Part shown: positions 41,278-52,682 of the stretch, one piece after another
Layout of the letters: each line of letters begins with the position of its first letter
Position numbering within the stretch: position 1 is the first letter of the stretch
Assembly: GCA_964016885.1 (NCBI GenBank)
Contig: OZ024741.1
Coordinates: forward strand, 138,632,001 to 138,696,000
DNA length: 64,000 bases
Direction of reading: 5' to 3'
DNA from: Eledone cirrhosa
Lineage: Eukaryota
Translations under genes and position numbers: made by a program
The notes under the pieces: model-generated
Seen by the model: only the letters and a program-made list of their open reading frames with translations
Databases searched by the model: none
What the model was told of the DNA's origin: nothing

Positions 41278-44200
41278 ATGACCTCACTCAGAATAGGCAG
41301 CATAAATGCGCGTGGCTTGGGGTCGTCATGGAAGCAGGGTCACCTGCTCAACGACCTCAGGTCACTAAACATAGATGTAGTGGCCATCAGCGAGACCAGA
41401 ATCTCCGAAGCACGGGCCTTCGCACCGATCTTCGGCGGCTACGATGTGTACGCATCTCCCAGCCGTCCTGGATCGGGTGGAGGAGTTGCTGTGCTTTTTC
41501 GGAGAGGTTTGGATCTCGCCATACGGGCCATCTTCCTGGACCCAGAGGGTAAGCTGGTGGTGCTGGACGTGACCAGCGGAGACGGGCAAGCTTTCAGGCT
41601 AGTGGCCGTCTATGCCCCGACAGGAGCAGGGCGGCCTGATTTCTTCCGGCGTCTGGAGACCTTTCTTGGAACGTCCCGCTCTTTAGTGTTAGTGGGCGAC
41701 TGGAACGGGATCTTAGATGCACGCTGGGACTGTGTGGGATTAGCGGATAGGGGTGGAGGGTGCAAGAGCCTCACCAACCTGCTCAGGCGTTTTGAACTGT
41801 CTGACAGGTACCGATTGGATTTCCCGAATGTGCCAATGTGGACTTGGACAAACCGCATAGGGTCATCCAGATCATATCTAGATAGAGTATTTTGTAGGGA
41901 AATAGATAGGTCTAGCATAGGCTGTCCACAATTCAAGATAGTCAGCTACACGGACCACAAATTCGTGATCTGTGTGCTTGACTTAGATAGGCTTCATAGA
42001 CGAGGACCCGGCTACTGGAAGCTAAACGCGTCCTTACCAGCGCGCAGGACCTACAGAGACCGGATTAGCGAACCAGTTAAGCGGGCGTTGACGGGGGCCA
42101 TCGTCAACAACAAGTGGTGGTTTGCTCTGAAAAGAGCGATTAGAATAGAATCGATTAGGTTTAGTAAGGCTTTAGCAATAGAGAAAAATAGAGCAGAGGG
42201 AGAACTAGTTAGAAAATTAGACGAGGCGCTTAGCAAAGACATTGCGACCGACGTGCTTGCGGCGAAATTGGCCCTTGACCAATTCTTCAATGCAAAGCAC
42301 GAAGGCTGCGTTGTCAGAGCAAGGGTGCGTGCTCTCAGACACGAGGGGACGAAAGCCGTTCAATGGGCCCGAGTGGCGGAGGCGCATCGTGGCAACAAAG
42401 CCACGATCCGGTCTTTGGTGGACCACGACGGGCGCATGCTACTCGATCCCGGGCAAATGTGTGAAGCTTTTCAGCGACACTTCGCTCAGCTGTTCGGGGG
42501 CAGCGGTGGGCCGGGTAGAGGGATGGACTTTAGTGTCTACCTCGACGGACTGCCGCGGCTCTCGGCCACTGAGGCGAAGTGTTGCGAAAAGCCGATAACA
42601 GCCGCTGAAGTAAGGGAGGCAATGACTGGCTGCACAAGGGGTAAATCGCCTGGTTTGGATGGTCTGCCCTATGAACTTTACGTACAGATGCCAGACTTGT
42701 TCGGTGGCCTCTTGGCGGACGTCTACTGCAACTGGCAACAGAACGGGAGAATTCCCAGTTCTGTGAGCCGAGGAGCGGTGGCACTGTTGAGAAAGGATCC
42801 GAACAAGGGGGATAACATAGACAATTTCCGGCCCATAACTCTGCTAAACACAGAGTTCAAGATTTTGGCCAAGGTGCTAGCAAAGAGGTTGGCGCTTGTC
42901 GTTGGTGGTCTGGTGGGAGAGGCGCAGACATGCGCCATTCCCGACAGATCCATCCACCGCAACCTCCACCCCATGCGATACATCATAGAGAGGGTAGCTA
43001 AGGAACCTGGCACGGGTGGGTCCTTGATCAATTTAGATCAGTCGAAAGCTTTCGATAGGGTCGACCATCGTTACCTAGCGGCAGTCCTGAGGGCGGCTGG
43101 CTTTGGGCCCGTCTTCAGAGGCTGGATCGCTGCCATGCACAGCGACATCTGCTCTGTGGTGAGAGTGAACGGTCACCTGTCGGAACCGTTCAACATCATG
43201 CGCTCGGTCCGCCAAGGATGTCCCCTCTCGTCCCTCTTGTACGTATTGACTCTCGAGCCATTACTGCACAAACTGGAGACGTTGAGGGGAGTCCCGCGCG
43301 AACTAGGATGCGGAAGATCCGTGTCAGCATATGCGGACGATGTCACCGTAGTGGTGTCGAACGCCAAACACATCGAGGCGATCGGCACTACACTAAGAGA
43401 ATACGAAGCGGTGACAGGAGCAACGATCAACCAGGAAAAGTCAGTGGGCCTGCAGCTCGGCACCTGGAGAGGCAGGTCTATGCCGTCCAACAGCGTCGTC
43501 GGACGCTGGACGGACGGACCGGTTAAATTGCTAGGGGTCTGGTTCGGTCCGGACCTCCAGACGGACAAAAACTGGGACGAGGTGACGAGCAGGGTGGCTT
43601 CTCTCACCCAGAAATGGGCGGAGAGGAAGCTATCCCTGAAAGGTCGAGCGGAGGTGGCTAACGCGTACATCGCGTCTGTCATCTGCTACCGCCTGACCGT
43701 CGTACCTTGTCCTAAGCCTCGCCTGACTGCGCTGGAGCGTTTGCTCTTTCGCTTTTTGTGGAAGGGACGTGCTCCGATGGTCAGGCGGTCCATCTGTTGT
43801 CAACACCCGCTACGTGGAGGGCTGGGCATGCCGTGGCTGATGATGCGCAGGCACGCGCTCAGGCTACGACATCTCCACCTTTTCCTCGACGGTGATCAGG
43901 TGTGGTCGCCGTTTACTAGGCGCGTATTTCCGCAGCTCGTTTCCTTGACGGAGCTGCAGTCCTGGGTCAAGCGAAGACCGAGAGGGAGCGCCTGGAGACT
44001 GGAATGTCTTCAGGCGCTCACAGCCCTCGACCAATCGGGCAATGTGATCGGTGGAAACTCCACCTCGGCGTTCTATAGAGGATTAGTGGAGGGTAAGAGC
44101 GACGACGTACTTGGGGAAACTCTAGGCGTCGACGAAAATCAACTAGCCAATCTCTTCAGAAGAACTTTCGGGCCGGGGCCTATGGACAATTTCCAGAAAT

Positions 44201-44697
44201 CTCTGGCCTGGCAGTGCTACCGAGGAGCCTTGCCAGTTCGGGATAAACTCTACAGGCATGGAGGTGCCGTCAGCCGGGCATGTCCGAGATGCGCGCAGGG
44301 CGACGAAACCGTCCTGCACGCACTCGTCCAGTGTCCGAAAATTGCTGACTTGTGGGTTTATGTCGAACACCTGCTGTCGCGTTTAGGACGGATCCGGCTA
44401 TCATCTGAGTCCATCGTGAGTATTGCCCCACCTTCCTCCTTTAGCCGGGAAGGGCAAGCAGTTTTTATCTGTCTGGTGGCCATGGCGAAAGAGATAGTAT
44501 GGTGGACACGTTTGAAAGGGCTGAAGACGAGCACTTACCTCTTCGGTGATGCTCTGATTGACTTTTTCAAATTTCATTTGAAAAGGAAAATCAGAGTAGA
44601 GAGGGAAGTGCTCTCTTCCCAGCATTTTGTTGAAAGATGGGTGAGAGAAGCAAGAATGGCCCGAGTGAATGGGCCTACTCTGAGTATATATCTGTAA
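41278..44697 (+). CDS. LINE ORF2: APE endonuclease + reverse transcriptase + C-terminal zinc finger (L1/Tx1 clade)
   Basis: NARGL, ISETR, VYAP, GDWN, LDRV, TDH; WKLN; KSPGLDGL, FRPITLLN, DQSKAFDRV, QGCPLS, YADD; CPRC..ETVLHALVQC; 1139 aa with no stop. Confidence 0.97.
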   Translation: MTSLRIGSINARGLGSSWKQGHLLNDLRSLNIDVVAISETRISEARAFAPIFGGYDVYASPSRPGSGGGVAVLFRRGLDLAIRAIFLDPEGKLVVLDVTSGDGQAFRLVAVYAPTGAGRPDFFRRLETFLGTSRSLVLVGDWNGILDARWDCVGLADRGGGCKSLTNLLRRFELSDRYRLDFPNVPMWTWTNRIGSSRSYLDRVFCREIDRSSIGCPQFKIVSYTDHKFVICVLDLDRLHRRGPGYWKLNASLPARRTYRDRISEPVKRALTGAIVNNKWWFALKRAIRIESIRFSKALAIEKNRAEGELVRKLDEALSKDIATDVLAAKLALDQFFNAKHEGCVVRARVRALRHEGTKAVQWARVAEAHRGNKATIRSLVDHDGRMLLDPGQMCEAFQRHFAQLFGGSGGPGRGMDFSVYLDGLPRLSATEAKCCEKPITAAEVREAMTGCTRGKSPGLDGLPYELYVQMPDLFGGLLADVYCNWQQNGRIPSSVSRGAVALLRKDPNKGDNIDNFRPITLLNTEFKILAKVLAKRLALVVGGLVGEAQTCAIPDRSIHRNLHPMRYIIERVAKEPGTGGSLINLDQSKAFDRVDHRYLAAVLRAAGFGPVFRGWIAAMHSDICSVVRVNGHLSEPFNIMRSVRQGCPLSSLLYVLTLEPLLHKLETLRGVPRELGCGRSVSAYADDVTVVVSNAKHIEAIGTTLREYEAVTGATINQEKSVGLQLGTWRGRSMPSNSVVGRWTDGPVKLLGVWFGPDLQTDKNWDEVTSRVASLTQKWAERKLSLKGRAEVANAYIASVICYRLTVVPCPKPRLTALERLLFRFLWKGRAPMVRRSICCQHPLRGGLGMPWLMMRRHALRLRHLHLFLDGDQVWSPFTRRVFPQLVSLTELQSWVKRRPRGSAWRLECLQALTALDQSGNVIGGNSTSAFYRGLVEGKSDDVLGETLGVDENQLANLFRRTFGPGPMDNFQKSLAWQCYRGALPVRDKLYRHGGAVSRACPRCAQGDETVLHALVQCPKIADLWVYVEHLLSRLGRIRLSSESIVSIAPPSSFSREGQAVFICLVAMAKEIVWWTRLKGLKTSTYLFGDALIDFFKFHLKRKIRVEREVLSSQHFVERWVREARMARVNGPTLSIYL

Positions 44698-44944
44698 ATT
44701 AAAGGTGGAAAACTGGGAGAGGGCACTTGCCTTGGTGGTCAGGGTCATTGTGACTTTTTACTGGGCTTTCTCCACAAATGTCCCTCCGAAGTCTCCCCCC
44801 TATTGGGGAATTTTTCATTGTTATTTTTGTTACATCCTCTGTTTTTGTTTTTTACACGCAGAAATGCCCATTTGTACCGTCCTGCATTGTCCTGCACTGT
44901 CCTTAATGTCTACTTTATGTAAACCCTTGTGGTTAATAAAGAAA

Positions 44945-44993
<49 letters not shown>

Positions 44994-44994
<1 letters not shown>

Positions 44995-45330
44995 GGTGCA
45001 TGGTTTAGTGGTTAGAGCATGGGGCTTGCAAGCGAAAGATTGTGAATTTGATTCTCGGACGGGTATTGCGTTGTGTTCTTGAGACAGACAATTTATTTCA
45101 CGTTGCGCTAGTTTACTTAGATGTAGAAATGAGTTGCGACGTCACTGGTGTCAAGCTGTATCGGCCATTACCTTTCCCTTGGACATCATCGGTGGCGTGG
45201 AAAGGGGAAACTGGTATGCATGAGTGACAGCTAGTCTTCAACAAACAACCTACCACGGAAATGTGCCACGGAGGGAAACATTCTAAGTGAAAATCCCCTG
45301 GTCATTCTTAACCGAAGGGGTCTTTACACT
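44994..45330 (+). mobile_element. tRNA-derived CORE-type SINE (second family)
   Basis: TGGTTTAGTGGTTAGAGC A-box; GTGTTCTTGAG..TTTATTTCACGTTGC..TGTAGAAATGAG core; related decayed copies ~51322-51670 and ~59955-60130. Confidence 0.7.
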
Positions 45331-46302
45331 TTATATATACCTCCCGTAAGTCTAAATATATCATTCTAATTATCGTAAGGAGCAGTCTAATCGCAAACAT
45401 GTAAGAACACATATTTTCTAATTTAGAGTCTCTTTTCAGTAACGTGTTCTTTATTTCGGGTAATATAATTACACATATAATTAGAATATGTATACCAACT
45501 CTGCCATACATAATTAAGTTTGCATACACTGTTCACTAATATAATCAATATCTATCTCTCTATATCTATCTATTTATCTCTCCACCTCCCTAACTATCTC
45601 TCTCTTTCACTATCCCCCTCTCATATATATATATATATATAAATATATGAAAAGACTAATTTTCTACACAAAACGAAGGTTATAGAGAAAATTGAGGTTG
45701 GTAATGGCACCCGGAATATATAAGAGACAGAATACTTTTTTGTGAAAAAACATAATTTTATAAGGTAAGGAAATAATAAAGGGTATAAAAAATGAACGGT
45801 TTCGATGGGTCTGCAAAAGCCATCTTTTCAAATGTTGATTAATATTAAGAAAAATTAATAATAAGAAGAGTTAAAATTTGAGATTTGAAAATTCAAGTAT
45901 AAAATTCATTGTGGGATTTCATAGCAGTTTTCATCTAGGTAGCAACAACAGGTTGACTGCTGTGTCCCTTGCTGGTAGTGAATGAGAAGTTATTTGGGGT
46001 GTGGGTTATTTTATAAAGGTCAGATTTAGCAATCGCCAACTGGCCAGCTGCTGGTCAGTGAGGGGGTGGAAGCAATATACATACACATATCTTCCTGTGG
46101 TGGGTAGGAGAGTGGAGCGTGATAGAAAGGGATTTAGTGCACTTACACCTATATATACACACATACCTTCATCCACACATACATACATATACATACATAT
46201 ACATATACATATATATATATATATATATATACATATACACACATACATACACACACACATACATATACATACACACATACACACACACACATATATACAC
46301 AT

Positions 46303-46343
<41 letters not shown>

Positions 46344-46412
46344 TATATATACATACACATACATCCAGATACACACATACATACTCACACACACACACAC
46401 ACATATATATAT

Positions 46413-46482
<70 letters not shown>

Positions 46483-46766
46483 CCACACATACATACACAC
46501 ACACACACACATATATACATACACACATACAAACATACACACACACACATATATACACATACACACACATATATATACATACAAACACATATATTTTTTC
46601 CATAATATAAGAAGTTGGGACAGTGAAATTAAAATACAAGTCATTCTGATCACATTGAGTTCTTCATGTAGATTGGGCCCCGCAACCGACAGTGGTTAAT
46701 TCTGTGTGCGGATATATATATAGATATATGTGTGTGCACGTGCAGGGTTTAACATGGATGTGTTGG

Positions 46767-48783
46767 TCAGTTTGCTCTACCACATTTGGTAACTGTAGGG
46801 TTGAGGATTGGTTTGGGTATATTTGGTCCAGTGAGAATGCGTTTAAGTGATTTGGGTTGTCTTTTACTTTTAAGGATCTTGTGTGTTTCAAGAATAGACT
46901 TCATTTTTACATCTTTAAGTAGGATGGGGAGGTTTTTGTGTAGGTGATCAAACATTTCGGTATTTCTGGGGTTGAAAGTGGATACATATGGCAGGGTGTT
47001 GAGTGTGGTTTTCTGTTTTGGATTGTTAAGTTGATGGGGATTTAGGTGTTTTGCCCTGTCTATTCCATTGTTGATTATTTCAAGTGGAAAGGCTCTTAAG
47101 ATAAGGGTGTCTTTTAGTTCCTTTAGTCTTTGCTCCCGTTTAGGTGGATCTGATACTATGGTACATATACTTTTGGCCAAATTGTAAGGAATGTTAAGTT
47201 TTGTATGTTTTGGGTGACTTGATGTGAAAAAGAGGTATTGCTTGGAATCTGTGGGTTTATAGAATATATCTGTATCTAATTTCCCGTCTATTACAGAGAT
47301 GAGAATATCCAAGAAGGCTAATTCCTTAGGATTGGATTCTATTGTGAATTGTATGTTATTATCTATGTCGTTTATCATGTTTTTAAACATAGTAAGTGAG
47401 TTCATGTCTTCTTGCCATAGGATAAAGCAGTCGTCTAGATAAATTTTCCAATTGGCTTTGAGGTGTGTGTGGAAAGAGTCTCCAAATAAGAGAAGGGACT
47501 GGCTGTATATTTGTTGTTCATGGAATCCCATGACTAGGTTGGCATATGTGGGTGCTACTTTCGTGCCCATTGCCGTACCTGATACTTGTCTGTATGTTGA
47601 ACCATTGAATGTGAAGTAGTTATTTTGTAGGATAAAGCGGAGTCCGTCGGTGATAAAATCTGTGTTGATGCGTGTCGGTATTTCTGATGGGTGTGTGTTA
47701 AGACAGTATTGGACTGCTGTTATTCCATAGTTGTGAGGTATGTTTGTGTAGAGGTTTATTACGTCAAAGGAGACAATAATTGTATTTGCACTTACTGTTT
47801 TAGGGAGGTGTTTCAGCATGTCAAGGTCATCTCGTATGTAGCTCTGTATATGTTGTAGAAAGGGTTTCAGTAGGATGTCCAGAAAGTTGCTAAGTCTGTG
47901 GGTTTCACATGTAGGGCCTGCTATAATTGGCCTGAGTTTTAGGTCTTCTGGTGGTGTTAGTTCAATGTAATTGTTGGTTGAGGTGTCACATGCATCGTTT
48001 ATGGGTTTACATTTGTGGAGTTTCGGTAAGCCGTAAAAAGAGCTTGTATTGCATTTAAAGTGGCTTATATAGTTAAACTCTTTTGTGGTTAAGCTGTTGC
48101 GGTATTTATTCAGTAAGGTCAAAAGGTTCCCCATTGTTTTGGTGTGTTTGTGGTTTTCTGTTTTTTCATAGTATGTGTTGTTTTCTAAAATGTTAAGTGC
48201 GAGGGTCCTATAGTAGTCCGTATTCATAATGACAACAGTACTGCCTTTATCGGCTTCTTTGATAGTTATCTCAGGGTTGTTTCTAAGTGTGAATAATTCT
48301 TCCCATTCGTGTGTAGATAGGTTTGATTTCGTGTGTTTATTTGTAATTTTTTCATAGGGAAAGTTGGTGATGTGTTCGCAGTACGTGTCCAGTGCTTTTA
48401 TTTCTAACCAGTGATTCGTCTTCAGTGTTGGTGTCGTTGTGGAAGAATTCCGTTAGTCGCAGCTTTCGGCAGTATTCCATGATGTCATCCTTCATTTCGG
48501 GGAAGTTTGGTTTACGTGGTGTAGGTGTAAATTTCAGGCCCTTACTTAAAATGTTGATTTGTGTGTTGGTTAGAGGTGTCTTTGAGAGGTTGATTATTTT
48601 TGGTCTCTTCTGAGGGGGGGGCCATCGAGTATCCTGGTATTTCAGGCTTTTCCCTAAAAATGGAATGTAGTTTTGTGTGTGATTATATTTTGTTGGTCTG
48701 TTGCGTGTGGGTCTGTAGCTTGTTGTTTCATGAGGGTGAATGTGATGGTGGGGGTGGTATGTGTTGTGGTTGTTGATGAGCAA
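46767..48783 (-). pseudogene. PLE reverse transcriptase (deletion/frameshift near 48395; truncated in Cys linker)
   Basis: KIINLS..ILSKGLKFTPTP, EADKGSTVVIM, LRPIIAGP, SFDVINLYTNIP, GTAMGTKVAP, WKIYLDDCF, LAFLD, SSHPKH, KCGRAN*. Confidence 0.93.
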
Positions 48784-49293
48784 GGGTTCTGTTGTTGGTT
48801 CATGTGGTCTGGGTGCGTTATTTCTGTGGTACAGAGTGTTGAGGTTGGGGGGTTGTCTTTTGTTGGATTGAGGGTGATGTGTGTGTATGTATGTGTGTAT
48901 ATGTATATATTTATATATATATATATGTATATGTATATGTATATGTATGTATGTGTGGATGAAGGTATGTGTGTATATATAGGTGTAAGTGCACTAAATC
49001 CCTTTCTATCACGCTCCACTCTCCTACCCACCACAGGAAGATATGTGTATGTATATTGCTTCCACCCCCTCACTGACCAGCAGCTGGCCAGTTGGCGATT
49101 GCTAAATCTGACCTTTATAAAATAACCCACACCCCAAATAACTTCTCATTCACTACCAGAAAGGGACACAGCAGTCAACCTGTTGTTGCTACCTAGATGA
49201 AAACTGCTATGAAATCCCACAATGAATTTTATACTTGAATTTTCAAATCTCAAATTTTAACTCTTCGTATTATTAATTTTTCTTAATATTAAT

Positions 49294-49343
49294 CAACATT
49301 TGAAAAGATGGCTTTTGCAGACCCATCGAAACCGGTCATTTGT
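49294..49343 (+). ncRNA. Degenerate hammerhead in inverted pLTR (mirror copy minus ~45790-45837)
   Basis: TTGAAAA(for CTGANGA)-GATGG..CCATC-GAAA-CCGG-TC. Confidence 0.55.
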
Positions 49344-49456
49344 ATACCCTTTATTATTTCCTTACCTTATAAAATTATGTTTTTTCACAAAAAAGTATTC
49401 TGTCTCTTATATATTCCATGTGCCATTACCAACCTCAATTTTCTCTATATAAATAA

Positions 49457-49579
<123 letters not shown>

Positions 49580-49746
49580 TTACTCTGGAAAAGTAAAACG
49601 AATATACTTCTTTTCACATCACAATTGAAAATACATTTTCTACCCTTTGCAATTAGACAATAGCATAATTATATATAACCTAGATTGTTATAATTTTCAA
49701 ACTACAACTTTTCTTCCTATCTACGGAATATTATATTTCCAACATA

Positions 49747-49936
49747 GGGCGGTTTGATTGGCAGTATCGGTAGAGGGTCGGACGCCTTGCTTTGACGCAT
49801 AGAGTTACGACTCTTGCCATTCTGAGTTCAAATCCCGCCGAGGTTAACTTTTTCATCCTTACGGCGTCGATAAAATACAGTACCAGTAATATAGTGGGAT
49901 AATTTCTGGCATTGTGCCAAAAGTAGAAATAATTAT
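49747..49936 (+). mobile_element. tRNA-derived SINE (MetaSINE-like core)
   Basis: GGGCGGTTTGATTGGCAGTATCGG..GAGTTCAAATCCCGCCGAGG..GTCGATAAAATAC..AGTAGAAATAATT. Confidence 0.88.
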
Positions 49937-52071
49937 ATTTCCAGCATTTGCTGAATGGAAGACATAAATATTTTGTTACCGACGTTTAAATATTTATTAT
50001 CAATTATAATTCTCCACCCAACCATTTTTCGGTACAGCTGGTCTCTAAAAAGAATGTTTCAATTTCTTGTTATATGCTAAATCTACAAAGGAAGTTAGAG
50101 TCAACATACGTTTGCTCTGATAATGGCTAAAATATATTAGTTCGGATCTCCGTGAAATTATCGTAAAATTACTGTCCCATATAACCATAATGTAATTCTC
50201 TGGTAGATTCAAAGTAATAAACTGAGTGAAACAGCATTTCTTTGCAGTTATTCCACATTTTTCCAGTTAACAAGAGAAACGTGAAATATACTGTCTTGCT
50301 TGTGGCAAAATTTTCTCATGTAGAATCGAACTCACGGACTTAGGACAGTAAGATATATTCCCTCACCAATAATCTACGTCATTCCACGGAAGTTAAATAA
50401 TGTTGCTTTGTAATAATGTTTCTAAATGGATGTCATAGCCTTTGATAATAACAATGAAATATCTCATATTGCTTTAATTATCACCATAATGCTTAGTGAT
50501 TTATATCGATACGCCATAGAGAACGTATTTAGTAAATGATGTAATTACTACATAACAGCCACTAATCCTTAAGTAGAAATATTTTCTTCAATTATAGAGA
50601 TAATGCGTTCGATAATGAGGTTAATTATATGAACCAATGATTGCAAAGGTTTGAATATTTTTAAGGTAATTCTTTTGATATGTAAATTCTACAAAGAAGT
50701 GATTTACAAGTACAAATATTTGTGCACACATTTAGCATCTGTATATTTGGTATCATTCATTATTCTAAACCATATAAAATTGTAGAGGTAACATAGTTTT
50801 GATGCATCTCTAGATATATGTATTGCAGTTTACTGGATATAATATGCACCCATACTTTGAAGAAAGGTGATTAGGATATTCATGCATAGTGTGTTCATGC
50901 ATAGTGTGTATTTGGTAAGAATATTTTCTTTATCATATTCTCACCTTTGGTCTATAGGATGCAATATTTGAGTAACATAGTACATCCCATACTTAAGAAA
51001 ACAACGGTAAATCGCATCGCGAATGTTTTAAGTAACTGCATGAGTCCCAACGGATTCTAATAATTGATGTGACATTCTCATGTTTTCCGTAATACCATAT
51101 TCCCCCAATCTTGAATTCTTAATGGGAAAATGCACGAAATACTTTTTTTTATCTTCTCTGAAGACAATATTGGAGACAATATCAAATTATTTCATAATTT
51201 ATTACAAGAATAAACGAACACCTAATATAGAAAACTCTAAGGATTAACTAGAAACACATGTGATCACCATTGTGTTTAGATCAGGAAATAATTCAAACAT
51301 AGACATTGTATAACATAATCAGAGGCGTGGATGTGTGCTTAAGGGGGTAAATTCACAACAATTTGCTTCTGAGTCCTGATCTACTATGTCGCACATTGGG
51401 CTTGTGTCTACCACACAGAAGTGAATTTAAATGAAAATTGATAGGGGCTAACTGCAGAATCCCGTTGATTATAAATATGTGTGATTGGGTGTGTATGTAT
51501 CTACGATCACGATTGTGTTTATAATCTGTAACGTAGCAGTGCGACTGAAACTAGATCGATATTATAAGAAACAGACTTCAGAAAAAATCTAAATAATTTG
51601 GTCGATATAATCGACTAAATCAAGGTGGTGCCGTAGCATGGTTTCGAGGAAATAGCTGAAACTATAAAAGGAATAAATAAATAACTAATACAATGATGAA
51701 AATAGTCAAATTGAAGAATGTAGCTCACTAGCCGAGAGACACCAGCCTTCTATTTCCAGGTTAAATACGCATATTGATACAATTATGAGATTGAAGACAG
51801 TACCCAACCGCCGCAGCACGAGACACCACCGTAGCATTTCTGATTAAAGACTGTTATATGTTTCAATTAGCATAAGTGAATAAAAGTGATTCGATTGATC
51901 AACGACACACTGTGAACAGTCTCCTTAACCTTAATTTCGCAGCAGCGAAATGCAAGTTCTACATTGAACTTGTGCGTCAAATCTCAATAGACGATGAAAT
52001 AGTATATAACATACTCGAAGACACATATACATACACGCGCACACACACACACACACACACACACGCGCGCA

Positions 52072-52110
<39 letters not shown>

Positions 52111-52599
52111 GCACACACACACACACACACACACATACACACACACACATACACACGCATATATATATATATATATATATATACATGCATACAATATTTA
52201 AGCGCCTTCTATCAGCAGCCACGTTTTTTCTACATTTTCAACTCTGTTGAATAAGATATATTTCATTAGTTATGCTTCAATATTCTATCAAAGCTGCAAC
52301 ATATTTTATTGTTATATCGGGATTTCTTCTCCTGCGCCCAGACCAACGTTTATCAGACGCCATCTTGTTTTCACTTGTTGTTTATTGAACTTCTTGCACT
52401 GTGGTCCTTTCTGTAAGCTTGTGTCGTGTTACTATGAGATGGAGAAAACGGAATAAATGTTCGTACAATTTAAAGTTATACAACACTGATTTCCCATGAG
52501 GGGGCAATACTCGATCTACCATTCAATTCGGCGTTTGCGAAACAAAGAGCCATTTTTGCAAGTATTCAATAATTCCTGCAATAAGAGGGACAGCGAATA

Positions 52600-52616
52600 T
52601 AATAATAATGATGATG

Positions 52617-52648
<32 letters not shown>

Positions 52649-52682
52649 AACAATAATAATAATAATAATAATAATAATAATT
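52600..52682. repeat. (GAT)n-(AAT)n compound microsatellite
   Basis: Visible trinucleotide arrays. Confidence 0.9.

Larger units (their letters stand above)
39783..44992 (+). mobile_element. Tx1/L1 copy B: 5'-truncated ORF1, open ORF2, 3' UTR, AATAAA, (TTA)n tail
   Basis: Two-ORF LINE architecture with terminal TTA repeat 44947-44992. Confidence 0.95.
45680..49448 (-). mobile_element. Neptune-type PLE bounded by ~570-bp inverted pLTRs; GIY-YIG deleted
   Basis: 45680-46255 vs 48878-49448 inverted and near-identical; RT on minus strand between them. Confidence 0.92.

Noticed and set aside
41328-44748. Numerous short alternative-frame and antisense ORFs inside Tx1 ORF2
   Set aside because: Expected by-product of GC-rich coding sequence; no independent motifs.
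46764-46772. TGA at a position where Cys is expected (KCGRAN*), suggesting a selenocysteine PLE as in some Naiads
   Set aside because: It coincides with the deletion breakpoint, nothing homologous follows, and the in-frame stop in the other PLE (1250) is TAA.
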